DNA of 64,000 bases from Octopus sinensis (Eukaryota): positions 14,322,001-14,386,000 of the forward strand of contig NC_043025.1 of the NCBI RefSeq assembly GCF_006345805.1, given 5' to 3'. The notes beneath the pieces were generated by a model, which was not told where the DNA came from, did no database searches, and saw nothing but the letters and a program-made list of their open reading frames with translations. This document shows, piece by piece, positions 39,001 through 53,647 of the stretch. The number at the start of each line of letters is the position of its first letter. Position 1 is the first letter of the stretch. Both the position numbers and the translations under genes were made by a program.

Positions 39001-42000
39001 AGCAAGCATGGAAAGAAAGTGGACAAATGATGATGATGATGATGATGATGACTATGATGGTGATAGGAAATGTGTGTGAAGAAGACCCTGCAGAGGCTGA
39101 CCCCAACTGGACGCTACTTACCATCATCAAATATAACCAACAACGGTGCCACAAGATCACACATCCCTTGAACATAACCGATTTCAAGATGCTCCCAAAC
39201 ATACCTGAAAATAGAAGGAATTATAAAGGGTTTAGGTATTACAAGATGAAACCCGCAGTACTTAGGACTGGACAGGTACTTCCACTGATGTGATGGTCAG
39301 TACTAATAACTATCTTTATCTTTTTTATACACTTTTACTTGTTTCAGTTATTTGACTGCGGCCATGCTGGAGCACCGCCTTTAGTCGAGCAAATTGACCC
39401 CGGGACTTATTCTTTGGAAGCCGAGTACTTATTCTATCGGTCTCTTTGGCCGAACCGCTAAGTGACAGCGACGTAAACACACCAGCATCGGTTGTCAAGC
39501 AATGCCAGAGGGACAAATACAGACACACACACACACACACATATATATACACATATATACGATGGGCTTCTTTCAGTTTCCGTCTACCAAATCCACTCAC
39601 AAGGCTTTGGTCGGCCCGAGACTATAGTAGAAGACACTTGCCCAAGGTGCCACGCAGTGGGACTGAACCCGGAACCATGTGGTTGGTTAGCAAGCTACTT
39701 ACCACACAGCCACTCCTGTGCCTATAGGTGCATTAACTTCACTACCATGCACGACTGTATCACCAATGTATACCATATTTTCTGGCATAAAGTTGAATTT
39801 TCAGATGAAAATTTATAGTGTAGGAGTGGCTGTATGGTAAATAGCTTGCTTACCAACCACAACACACAGCCCGGTCTGGGAATCGAACTCACTACCTCAC
39901 GATTGTGAGCCTGATGCCCTAACCATTGAGCCATGCACCTTCACACCATTTAAGCATATGCCTCTCTCCTTCTCTTTCATACACACACACACACACACAC
40001 CTGGGTCCAACTCCAACGTCTGGCAGCTGACTTGGCAGACACCCATAAAATAATCAACCATCGTACAAAGAATAACTCTGAGCACCTTTTCAAACTCCAC
40101 CTGTCTAACACCCGTGGACATGTTTACAAAGTCAGAAAACAGCACAGCTCCTTCCATGACTTTAGGAAACATTTTTTCATGCTAAGAGTTGCTGAAGCAT
40201 GGAACAAACTGCCGGCATCAGTTGTTGGTTGTCGGAGCACTGCATCCTTCAAAACCTCCATGCTTTCTGAGATTCGCCAACACTACACCTGAGCTTTCTC
40301 CCCTCCATACACACGCTGAAGCATGGAACAAACTGCCGGCATCAGTTGTTAGTTGTCGGAGCAATGCATCCTTCAAAACTTCCATGCTTTCTGAGATTCG
40401 CCAACACTACACTTGATTTTCTCCCCTCCATACACACGCTGAAGCATGGAACAAACTGCCGGCATCAGTTGTTGGTTGTTGGAGCACTGCATCCTTCAAA
40501 ACTTCCATGCTTCCTGAGATTCGCCAACACTACACCTGATTTTCTCCCCTCCATACACACGCTGAAGCATGGAACAAACTGCCGGCATCAGTTGTTGGTT
40601 GTTGGAGCACTGCATCCTTCAAAACTTCCATGCTTCCTGAGATTCGCCAACACTACACCTGATTTCCTCCCTTCCATACACACACAAGCATGTATCTGAC
40701 TCATACATTGTTCGCTTTCCAGACATTTCTACACTACTCTACATATACTCTGACAAGTTGTGGGGCACCTGAGCACTGTATACAATAATTTCATTATTAT
40801 TATTATTATTTTTTAAAGAAACGAACGAGTCCCCTTACGTGCACATAATGTTCCTTAACTTGTCGAGGTTTGCGGGGGTGAAATACCAGTAATTTCGGTC
40901 ACACCTCTGCACGTCCTTATCGATGCGGTGAAGGTTAAGAGCAACATTATCGAGGAGTTCAGGCTAAAAGAGAAATAAGAATACTCTGTAGCGAAACATG
41001 ACGTGTATGAGGGGTGGGGGATATTGTTGAGGGGTGGAGTGTAGGAGAGTATGAAGGTATGTGAGTGTGGGTAGTGTGAGCAGGTAAGGTAGAGTGTGGG
41101 CAATTGAGTGAGAGTGTGGGCAATTGAGTGAGTGTGTGTGTAGTTGAGTGACAGTGTGGGCAATTGAGTGAGGGTGTGTGTAGTTGAGTGAGTGTGTGTG
41201 TAGTTGAGTGAGTGTGTGGTCAATTGAGTGAGAGTGTGGGCAGTTGAGTGACATGTGGGCAATTGAGAGAGAGTGTGGGCAATTGAGTGAGTGTGTGGGT
41301 AATTGAGTGAGAGTGTGGGCAATTGAGTGAGAGTGTGGGCAATTGAGTGAGAGTGTGGGCAGTTGAGTGACATGTGGGCAATTGAGAGAGAGTGTGGGCA
41401 ATTGAGTGAGTGTGTGGGTAATTGAGTGAGTGTGTGGGCAATTGAGTGAGAGTGTGGGCAATTGAGTGAGAGTGTGGGCAATTGAGTGAATGTATGGGTA
41501 GTTGAGCTGATTGCAAAGCAGACTTCTTGCCATACACCTAAGGTATGTAAATATTTTCTTAACTGAATTAATAAGAAACAAACAAAAAAAAACCATTTAA
41601 CATGCATGCAATTACACAATCAATGAAATCTGAGAAATTAATGTCCAGGAAGATTTTAATTGAATTATTAATAAGACATAATTAGATTTTGTTGTGTCTT
41701 GGGAGAATCTCATTAACACACGCACTGGTTCATTTCCATCATCATCATCATCATCATCGTTTAACGTCCGCTTTCCATGCTGGCATGGGTTAGATGGTTT
41801 GGATGAGGTCTGGAGAGCCAGTGGCTGCACCAGGCTCCAATCTGATCTGGCAAGGTTTCTACAGCTGGATGCCCTTCCTAATGCCAACCACTCCGAGAGT
41901 GTAGCAGGGGCTTTTTATATGCCACCAACACAAGAGCCAGTTGGCGGGCCTGGCATTGATCACATTTAGAAAGTGTTTTTTATGTGCCACCGGCATGGGG

Positions 42001-43753
42001 GACCAATCTGGTGGTACTGGCATCGGGCATGTTTGGATGGTGCTTTTTACGTGCCACAGGCACAAGAGCCAGTCAGAGGGCACTGGCATTGGCCACGTTC
42101 AGTTGGTGCTTTTTACATGCCACTGGCATGGGAGCCACTCAGGGGGAACTGACCAGAGCCACAATATTGGTTTTACTTGACTCAACAGGTCTTCTCAAGC
42201 ACATCATATCGCTTGAAGCATCAGGAGTATTCGTAACGGGTCCGGACATGCGTGGCTAACTTATAATAAAGGAGTGGAATTGAACCAGTGTGTGTGTGTT
42301 AATAATATTGACATAATGACCATCTCTAGATACAACAAAATTTGTTTCAACACACAAATTCACATAAAGAATCTAGCAAACGAGATACGAAACTGAAGTA
42401 TAATTAGATTAATTTATTAAATTGATGGAATGAGATGAGATATTATTTTTCAATAAAATTATGAAATTAGGATTAAAATGTTAAAGAGAGAAAGAAAGAA
42501 AAAAAGATAAAATGACAACAGAGAATAAAATAGAAGTAAAAAAGATGGACATAAATAGCAGGATAATTAATAAGTCGTTAATATTGATCACATGATACCA
42601 AGGGATGATATTTGATGAGGAATTTACCACAAATGGGAATATCGAAAAAAGATAAACGGAATGGAAGAAGATATACAGGAAGATGAAAGAAAGGGACGAT
42701 TATATTTAGGGGGTTATTTAAATAGGGGCTGGAAAGGGATGTGGGAGTGGAACCACAAATGAGATGAAGGGAGAGGAAGGAAGGAGGGAAGGAGGGATAC
42801 TGAGACAGAAAGCCACATTGAGATGAAAATTGGAAATGGAATTAAAAAGAAAAAAAAACACCATATACATACATATGCAGCTGATATGTGTGTATAATGT
42901 GTTTATACGTGTGTGTATATATATATATTCTTTTATTCTTTTACTTGTGTCAGTCATTTGACTGTAGCCATGCTGGAGCACCACCTTAAAGGGTTTTACG
43001 TTGAAGAAGTCACTCCCAGGACTTATTCTTTGTATGCCCAGTACTTATTCTATCGGTTTCTTTTGCCGAACCGCTCAGTTACGGGGACATAAACAGACAC
43101 AAAGACCCCCTCCACACACAAATATATACATAAACATATATATATATATATATATATATATACGATGGGCTTCTTTCATTTTCCATCTACCAAATCCACT
43201 CACAAGGCTTTGGTCAGCCTGTGGCCATAGTAGAAGACACTTGGCCAAAGTGCCCTGCAATGGGACAGCCACTCCTGCACCTATATATATATATATATAT
43301 TTATGAAAAGTGTGTTCTGTATGATCATATCCAATGGAATCAACAATGGTTAGCATCCAATGAATATGGGAAATCCATCACTAAACCAGGATGAAATGGT
43401 TAGCGGTATTTCGTCTGCGTTACGTTGTGAGTTCAAATTCCGCCAAAGTCGACTTTGCCTTTCATCCTTTTGGGGTCGATAAATTAAGTACCAGTTACGC
43501 ACTGGGGTCGATGTAATCGACTTAATACCTATGTCTGTCCTTGTTTGTCCCCTCTGTGTTTAGCCCCTTGTGGGTAGTAAAGAAATAGGTATTTTGTCTG
43601 TCTTTATGTTCTAAGTTAAAATTCTGCTGAGGTTGACTTTGCCTTTCATCCTTTTGGGGGTTGATTAATTAAGTACTAGTTGCGTACTGGGGTCGACCTA
43701 ATTGACTGGCTCCCACCCCAAAATTTCGGGCCTTGTTCCTAGAGTAGAAAAGA

Positions 43754-43814
<61 letters not shown>

Positions 43815-44257
43815 ATACATACATACATACATATATATGTATTGGTTGTTCAGTTTGATAAGTGCTAACGGACACACAAAACTCTTAAACCACGAGTCAC
43901 TCTGCTGCTTCAGCTAAATATTAATAAAAAATAATATATATATATACATAAATACATACACACGTATATGTGTGTGTGTATATATGGTCACACATACATT
44001 GATAAGGAATAAAGAGAATGTTTTAAAAAATATAAAAGAGAAGAAAAAAAAGGGAGACAGACACAATCAATGAATGTAAAAAAGAAATAACAGGAAAAAG
44101 GTGAAAGGGAGTTGATGACCTTGCCTAAGGTATGCAATGACTCACCTGAACATACTGTAAATTACAGGTAAGGACTAATAAATAACAGGGTAAGAAGAAA
44201 ACACCAAACCGCTATATATATATATATATATATCTATATATATATATATATATATAG

Positions 44258-44314
<57 letters not shown>

Positions 44315-46008
44315 GGGGTTCCATGGTGTTAAGGGTTAAGAAACAATGACACACCCAGAAATTATCTTGGGGGGTAAGGAAAAAAAGCAAGTTATACTTA
44401 AGCAATTGGATAAAGAAATTTTAAGGGGAGATAAAAAAAAAACAAACAAACAAACAAAAAATACAAGGGACTAATCGGTCCCTTGTTGGTTTTTTTTTGT
44501 TTGTTTTTTGTTTGGTTATGTTTTGTAACCGTCAAAGACCAATCTCAACAGCCTGGGAAAATGCCAAGATGACCATCTTGTGGGAAGATGGATGAAGCCG
44601 TCAATTTGTTTGATGTGGATATTTAGAAGTGTTTAACAGTTAGAGAGCTTCTAACGAGTTTCTATTGATCAGTTAACGAGCATCTAATGGTTAGCTATAA
44701 CCCTTATGCACTTAAAAAAAGGCAACTGTTCCTCTTGTGAACATTATGTATTACCCGATGAGGTTTAATATGGCTGAAACATGCCCAGAGTTATAGGCCC
44801 TAACTACTAAACATCACAATACCTTTCCTCTTACCCATCTATCTACCTGAATGTATGTCCATGTATCATTCTATTTTACACCTGTGTCATTGTCGATGCA
44901 CACGGTGGTCTTGATTGCTGTGAGCTGGCAGAGTCGTTAGCACACCGGACGAAATGCTTAGCGGTATTTCGTCTGCCGCTACGTTCTGAGTTCAAATTCC
45001 ACCGAGGTCGACTTTGCCTTTCATCCTTTCGGGAGTCGATAAATTAAGTACCAGTTAAGCACTGGGGTCAATGTAATCGACTTAATACCTATGTCTGTCC
45101 TTGTTTGTCCTCTCTGTGTTTGGCCCCTTTTGGGTAATAAAGAAATAGGTATTGATTGTTGTTATCATTACTCTCTCACAGTTATTTCCATCATCTCAGC
45201 AGCCAGTTGAAGACGAGGCTTTGGAATAATATTTAAAAATGGCTGACTGACCCCTAATCAGCAAGGTTTATCATTAAAACAACTAATGACACATACCATA
45301 CCCTATTTATGGCCAATCATTCCCAGCCTTTAAGGCGGCCACCTGGCAGAAATGTTAACACGCCGGGCGAAATGCTTAACGCTATTTCATCTGCCGTTAC
45401 GTTCTGAGTTCAAATTCCGCCGAGGTCAACTTTGCCTTTCATCATTTTGGGGGTCGATTAAATAAGTACCAGTTACGCACTGGAGGTCGATGTTGTTTCA
45501 GGAGCTCCGATCTTAGTGGTTGGCATTAGGAAGGGCATCCAGCTGTAGAAACCTTGCCAGATCAGATTGGAGCCTGGCGCAGCCTCCTGGTTTGCCGGTC
45601 CTCAGTCAAACCGTCCAACCCATGCCAGCATGGAAAGCAGGCATTAAACAATGATGATTAATTAATGAAACAAATTAGTCAAAGTGGGCATGGCTGTGTG
45701 GTTAGGGAGCTTGCTTCCTAGCTATATGGTTTCGGGTTCAGTCTCACTGCGTGGCACTCTGGGTAGGTGTCTTCTGCTATAGCCCCGAGCCGACCGAAGC
45801 TTTGTGATGGAATTCAGTAGGTGGAAGTTACTGCTATGTGTGTGTATGTGTGTGTGTAGGTGCTTGTGCCTCTCCGAAAGAGAGAGAGAGGGTGGTGCTG
45901 GTAGTAGTAGTAATAATAATATTTAGCAGTGGTAGTAGTCGTTTCATCTTGCACAGCCAGTGAGAAGAGGTATATGCATATATGTATATGTGTGTGCGTA
46001 TGCATATA

Positions 46009-46041
<33 letters not shown>

Positions 46042-49000
46042 AAAAGGAAATGAAGAAAATGCTGACAAAATAATTTAAGTAAGGGAGAGTGTATTTAATT
46101 AGGTGAAAGTTCTTTACCGGTTGCGCATTTGTTATGCTTATCAAAAGATATTTTTTTAAGAGAGATAGAGTTCCTTTTGATAGATGTTTTTCTCTTAAGA
46201 AAAAATAAGAGAAAAAAATCTATCAGAAAGGAACTCTATCTCTCTTAAAAAATATCTTTTGATAAGCATAACAAATGCGCAACCGGTAAAGAACTTTCAC
46301 CTAATTAAATACACTCTCCCTTACTTAAATTATTTTGTCAGCATTTTCTTCATTTCCTTTTTTTATATATCACAACTCGTGTTCCACATCTCCTTTTTTT
46401 AAATATATATATATATATATACATATGCACACACATATATACACACACATATATATATATGCAGGTACGGCACACAAAAACACACGCTGCAAATATTGGT
46501 CTGGTCATTGGTAGAAGTACTTACTTTCATTCTCAGCGTCATGTGCTTGACACCCTGGATGATGGATGAAAGAGAAGAGAAAGAGAGAAAGAGAGAGAGA
46601 AGGTAGTAGTAGTAGTAGTAGTGGTGGTGATAGTAGTAGTAGCAGTAGTAGTAGTAGTAGTAGTAGTAGGATTCAGTTTCACAGACTTAGAGGCTGGGGG
46701 TGTCCCCGCACAAGACGTGGAGGGATGGAGGTGGTGGTGGGGGGCATGGGCAGTGGGTGTGATGGTAGAACAATCAGATGGCAGGCAGCGGTGCCCCGGT
46801 GGAAACAGGTGGTTGAAAGATGGTTTTAGGACATGAAACAGTGGAAGACGATCAACGGAAAGAAAAAAAGAAGAAAAAAAAAACGAGATATGAAAAATGT
46901 GACGAATGTAATTAAAAGTATAACGAAGATTAAATAATAAAACAAAAGACAATTCTTCGTTATCAAATTATATGTTTTTTTGAGAGGAAATTTTAATACT
47001 AGTTTTTTTTTTTTTTTTTGTTAACCATTCCGATGTCAATCTGTCCAAGAGCAAACTTGATTGCATGATACAAAATTACTGTTTTAATTAGATCTAAATT
47101 AAAATGGACCATCAAGATTTTGAGTTCGTTTATGTTCCAAACACAAGCTTAAAATAATAACGAGAAAGTTATTTTACTAAAGTCTCCGTCATTAATTTCA
47201 AAATTAATTGAATCACAAGCAGTTTATTTCAACAGCTGCCGGCATCAGTTGTTAGTTGTCGGAGCACTGCATCCTTCAAAACTTCCATGCTTTCTGAGAT
47301 TCGCCAACACTACACCTGATTTTCTCCCCTCCATACACACGCTGAAGCATGGAACAAACTGCCGGCATCGGTTGTTAGTTGTCGGAGCACTGCATCCTTC
47401 AAAACTTCCATGCTTCCTAAGATTCGCCAACACTACACCTGATTTTCTCCCCTCCATACACACGCTGAAGCATGGAACAAACTGCCGGCATCAGTTGTTA
47501 GTTGTCGGAGCACTGCATCCTTCAAAACTTCCATGCTTCCTGAGATTCGCCAACACTACACCTGATTTCCTCCCCTCCATACACACGCTGAAGCATGGAA
47601 CAAACTGCCGGCATCAGTTGTTAGTTGTCGGAGCACTGCATCCTTCAAAACTTCCATGCTATCTGAGATTAGCCAACACTACACCTGATCTTCTCCCCTC
47701 CATACACACGCTGAAGCATGGAACAAACTGCCGGCATCAGTTGTTAGTTGTCGGAGCACTGCATCCTTCAAAACTTCCATGCTTTCTGAGATTCGCCAAC
47801 ACTACACCTGATCTTCTCCCCTCCATACACACGCTGAAGCATGGAACAAACTGCCGGCATCAGTTGTTGGTTGTCGGAGCACTGCATCCTTCAAAACTTC
47901 CATGCTTCCTGAGATTCGCCAACACTACACTTGATCTTCTCCCCTCCATACACACACTGAAGCATGGAACAAACTGCCGGCATCAGTTGTTAGTCGTCGG
48001 AGCACTGCATCCTTCAAAACTTCCATGCTTCCTGAGATTCGCCAACACTACACCTGATCTTCTCCCCTCCATACACACACTGAAGCATGGAACAAACTGC
48101 CGGCATCAGTTGTTAGTTGTCGGAGCACTGCATCCTTCAAAACTTCCATGCTTCCTGAGAGATTTGCCAACACTACACCTGATTTTCTCCCCTCCATACA
48201 CACACAAGCATGTATCTGACTCAAACATTGTTCGCTTTCCAGACATTTCTACATTACTGCATGTAATTTATATGCACTTTCTGACAAGTTGTGGTGCACC
48301 TGAGCACTGGATACAATAATTTCATTATTATTATTATTATCATTATTATTATATAAGATTTTGAGTTCGTTTATGTTCCAAACACAAGCTTAAAATAATA
48401 ACGAGAAAGTTATTTTACTAAAGTCTCCTTCATTAATTTCAAAATTAATTGAATCACAAGCAGTTTATTTCAACAGAAATATTCTAACAAAAGGGGTTTA
48501 TGTCTGTATGTAATACAGGGGCCATATAGGTTGTGTACACAACCTGGGTAACACATAGCTTCCCCGGGTACTGTTTATATTGACTTTCAGCAGACGTGGG
48601 TGGGTCTGGTTTGATCATGATGGCTAATAGCTTCTTTAACCTTTTTCATACCAATCCACCTGAGACCACCCCCACTGGTTCTATGATACAAACTTCCTGT
48701 TTTAAAGTAATCTAAATTAAAACTGTCCATTAAAATTTCGTTTTAATTAATGTTCCAAACTCCAGATTGATTAATTAATGACAAAGCTGTTTCCCTAAAT
48801 TTTTCATTATTTTCAAATTAACTGGAACAAAGGAAAATGTGGATCAACAGAAATATGGGAACAAAAAAGATTAATTAAAAGAAAAACAGTACCTTTAATT
48901 AATATAAATCGTAAATTAGATTACAGTTGTAGATGGTTTAAACCTTATTTTTGAAGATAAAGAATTTTACAGGATTCACAGACATATTACAATTCAATCA

Positions 49001-50406
49001 TTTGGATCTCTAGCAGACTGGTTCAAGAGTTTTATTCTTTAATATGAATGCGGTATCAGGCTGGATTTGAACTAGGAATCGCAATTTTGACAGTAAGGAT
49101 AACAAAGACCTAATCTACTAAGCCACTGGATGAAGACCGTTCTAAGTCTACAAAGACAGTAAGAATACAGTGTAGTGTTGGCATGGCAACAGTACAAAGA
49201 ATTATTGCTAAGGACTTAACCCTTTAGTATTTAAACCGGCCCAAAAATGCTTCCTGCTTTATGTTCTAACTGGCCAGATCAAGCCTATCATACCTACCCT
49301 TCAATGCCATTATAAAATATACAGTCACATCATCAAAATTTCAAAGCTGCAAAACAATGCAGGATTAATTAAAAACAATTTGAATGAAAAAGGGTTACCT
49401 TTGACAGAATAATCTGAATGCTAAAGGGTTAAACATGTGCAAACTTTGTTCTGAAGGTGCTTAGCAAGGGGCATCCTGGGGTAATGAATTACTTCACAGT
49501 GATGGGCAGCAAAACGGCCCCTCAGCCTCCCTACAGCCTGGGCTTTGCTGAAGGAGAATCTGAAGGACAGTCATTTTGGAAATGAAGGAGGCTGTGACAA
49601 GGGCCCTGGATATCTTCACTTTGGAGGGCTTCCATGGGGCCTTCACAAAAAGTGGCTGGGGTGCTACAACAAGTGCACTGAAGTCAGAAGGTCTTACTTT
49701 GAAGGAAATTAGGGTTTTGTAGTTCTTTGAAACGAATAAATGTCTCTCCTGAAAATGTCTGAAGACTTCCAGAATGCATCTTGTGTATTGCTGACAAAAA
49801 ATAGTCAAAATGAAGTGTGCCATTATCACCATCATTTAACGTCTATTTTCCATGCTGGTATGTCATGGCTGGCTTGGCAGGATCGAGCTCCAGTGTCATA
49901 GTTTCTACAACTAGATGCTCAGGATCTTTACCTTTTGACCGACAGATTTAAAAAATAATATTTTGTAACTGAACACTTTCAAACTTCGGACACTGGTAGA
50001 ATGTGTCATATAAAACATCTTTTACCCTTAGCATTTTTGAGAAAAACTTATATTTACGAAGTAATTTCACGTTAAAGTTCTCGTATTTCGGTAATTTCAA
50101 CCAATCAATGACGTTTTTATTTTTTAAAAATTTTATCTAGTTTCAGCTCACGAGCTGTGGCCATGCTGGGGCACCACCATTACATATTTCTTTTACATTC
50201 TTATTTTCATAATTGTCATTTTACTTATAACTACAGCTTTTCAGTTTTAAAACCCATAAAAAAATTATTTTTGAGTGGCTTTCAGTGACTGGAACAGATT
50301 AATTATATTTTAGTTAATTTCAATGGGGAAACTTGATTTGTAAAACGAGTAAATCGTAAGACGAACTTGGTCATGGAACGAACCAAACTTGTACTACGAG
50401 GTATCA

Positions 50407-50470
<64 letters not shown>

Positions 50471-52018
50471 AAGCACTCCGTCAGTTACGACGACGAGGGT
50501 TCCGGTTGATCCGATCAACGGAACAGCCTGCTCGTGAAATTAACGTGTAAGTGGCTGAGCACTCCACAGACATGTGTACCCTTAACGTAGTTCTAGGGGA
50601 TATTCAGTGTGACACAGAGAGTGACAAGGCCGGCCCTTTGAAATACAGGTACAACAGAAACAGGAAGTAAGAGTGCTGAAAGAGTACAGCAGGGATCACC
50701 ACCATCCCTGCCGGAGCCACGTGGAGCTTTTTAGGTGTTTTCGCTCAATAAACACTCACAACGCCTGGTCTGGGAATCGAAACCGTGATCCTACGACCGC
50801 GAGTCCGCTGCCCTAACCACTGGGCCATTGCGCCTCCACACATATATATATACATACACACACACACACATTTCTGAAGTAAATATACACTGTAAAGGTA
50901 ACTAGTTCAATTCCAGCCTGGGAACCTGTGCTGAGATTAATGCTATGGGTACATAAAGTATCAGTCTAAGAAATAAGTTGTACCTAGGGTAGGGGGGTCA
51001 GAGATCATTCTGAGACCCAAAAAGGTAAAATATTAAGGATTTTAAAAAACAACTTAATATTGAGAGAAATTAATAAAAGAGAAAAAAATAATTAAAAAAT
51101 GATAGAAGCAAATTAAGAGAAATTGTGAGATAATGAGGTGGTGATGTGATAAAGTCGTTTACGTGTGTGAATTGGAGATGGATGCATAACGATGTTTGAT
51201 AGGTTGGGAGAGAGAAGTACTTACAGAATAGATACCACCGTTGGAGGCAGGTGATGCCGGGGAGATCAGACTTTCTTTTGATGCTGACAAACGTTGAGCT
51301 GTTTCTGAAGGAATACAACAACAACAATATATATATAAATTAGAAAAAAAACAAACTACCTTTTATCAATTCAACAATGAAGAAATTTAATTATAGGAGT
51401 GGCTGTGTGGTAAGTAGCTTGTTTACCAACCACATGGTTCCGGGTTCAGTCCCACTGCATGGCACCTTGGGCAAGTGTCTTCTACTATAGCCTCGGGCCG
51501 ACCAAAGCCTTGTGAGTGGATTTGGTAGACGGAAACTGAAAGAAGCCCGTTGTATATATGTATGTATATATATATAAGTGTGTGTGTTTGTGTGTCTGTG
51601 TTTGTCCCCCTAGCATCGCTTGACAACCGATGCTGGTGTGTTTACGTCCCTGTAACTTAGCGGTTCGGCAAAAGAGACCGATAGAATAAGTACTGGGCTT
51701 ACAAAAGAATAAGTCCCGGGGTCGAGTTGCTCGACTAAAGGCGGTGCTCCAGCATGGCCGCAGTCAAATGACTGAAACAAGTAAAAGAGTAAAAGAGTAA
51801 AATACCATATAAAAAAAATTACATCCTATAGAAAAAATTAAATATAAGATAAAAACATATACTAATGATTAAATACAATTAAATTTTTTCATTGTGGAAT
51901 TGATAAAAGGTGGGTTTTTTTCTAATTTATATATATATATATATTATATTTTGTGAAATTTGATTTAGTATTTCTAAATTGAATTTTTCCCTGGAAGTTT
52001 GGAATAATATTCCCTAAT

Positions 52019-52054
<36 letters not shown>

Positions 52055-53615
52055 TATATACATACATATGTATGCAAGAGACATATGTATATATGGCTTC
52101 TTTCAGTTTCCACCGACCAATTCTACTCACAAAACTTTGGTGAGCCTGGGGCTATACTAAAAGATACTTACCCAAAGTGCCACACGGCAGGCCTGAACCC
52201 AAGATGACATGGTTGGCAACCAAATGTCTTAACCCCACAACCATGAGCAAGAAGAATATATTGAAAAATGAAAAAGAAAAAAGAAAGAAATAAAAAGGCG
52301 CAGGAGTGGCTGTGTGGTAAGTAGATTGCTTCCCAACCACATGGCTCCGGGTTCAGTCCCACTGCGTGGCATCTTGGGCAAGTGTCTTCTGCTATAGACC
52401 CGGGCCGATCAATGCCTTGTGAGTGGATTTGGTAGATGAAAACTGAAAGAAGCCTGTCGTATATATGTATATATATATATATGTGTGTGTGTATGTGTGT
52501 GTGTTTGTGTGTTTGTTCCCCCAGCATTGCTTGACAACCGATGCTGGTGTGTTTACATCCCCGTCACTTAGCGGTTCGGCAAAAGAGACCGATAGAATAA
52601 GTACTGGGCTTACAAAAAGAATAAGTCCCGGGGTCGATTTGCTTGACTAAAGGCGGTGCTCCAGCATGGCCGCAGTCAAATGACTGAAACAAGTAAAGAT
52701 AAAGAATACACTCACCAGATCCCGAGGGATTCACGAAACTGTCCCCTTTTTTCTCTGCTTGTTCATCATCCTCTTGGACATCAATCAAGTCTTGAGGCTG
52801 GTTCCCTCGAGAGGGCTCGCTCAGTTCTCCCCCGCTAAAATCGTCGTCGACACCGGCGCTGTCCAGGGATGATTTCGTAACAATGATGCCTCGCTCTATA
52901 CTTCCTTCATGAGTTAGCTTCGAAATATCGGTGCCTTCCGAATCTCCGGCAGAATCCAGCTTGGAGCGGTCGGCCAGGGAGCCGGGCCGTGCGATGGAGT
53001 CCCCGAGGCCGTCGTCTGGGCTGCTGTCCGGAACAATGCTGCTCTGGCTCGCGGGACGGCCTCCAACACTATGGACATCCGTCTGGGTGTCTTGATCGGA
53101 TTTCGGGGCCGCAGCGGAATAATTGTAGATCTCCCGACTGTTGTTGCTGCTCCACTTCGGCTCAGCAGTGGGAGTCGTTCCGGCGGTGGAACTTTCTTCA
53201 GGAAGCGTTTCCGGATGGGACGAGTCTTCTGAGTCAAAGCTCGTGGATATGAAGACGTCATTGCTGAGATTTGAATCCTTACGTACCAACGGTATGTGTC
53301 CGTTACTCTCCGATGATAACTTAGCTAAGTTAGCAGCCATAATCTCTTTGTCTCTCTGCCTGACGATCGCCTCAACAGCCAGCCACTCGGACATCGTCTG
53401 TTCGTATGCGGTGTGGACGACGATGTCAGCAGCTTCCCTTTCCTTTTCCGTACTGTCGAAACCATAATGGCCAAGTAAGTATGGCCAAACCTGAAATTAA
53501 ATAAAAATAGCAGCAGTAGTAGTAGTATTAGTAGTAGTAGTATTAGTAGTAGTAGTATTAGCAGTAGTAGTATTAGTATGAGTAGTAGTAGTATTAGTAT
53601 TAGTAGTAGTAGTAT

Positions 53616-53647
<32 letters not shown>

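Noticed and set aside
40855-41619. 254-aa and 210-aa ORFs
   Set aside because: They are translations of the 20-bp minisatellite; only 40839-40963 is a real exon, in another frame.
47236-48205. Regular repeat array resembling CRISPR
   Set aside because: The units are contiguous copies without unique spacers, and the DNA is eukaryotic.
47249-48319. 356-aa ORF
   Set aside because: It arises from the 123-bp (41-codon) CR1 tandem unit read in a non-coding frame and starts at a non-ATG codon.
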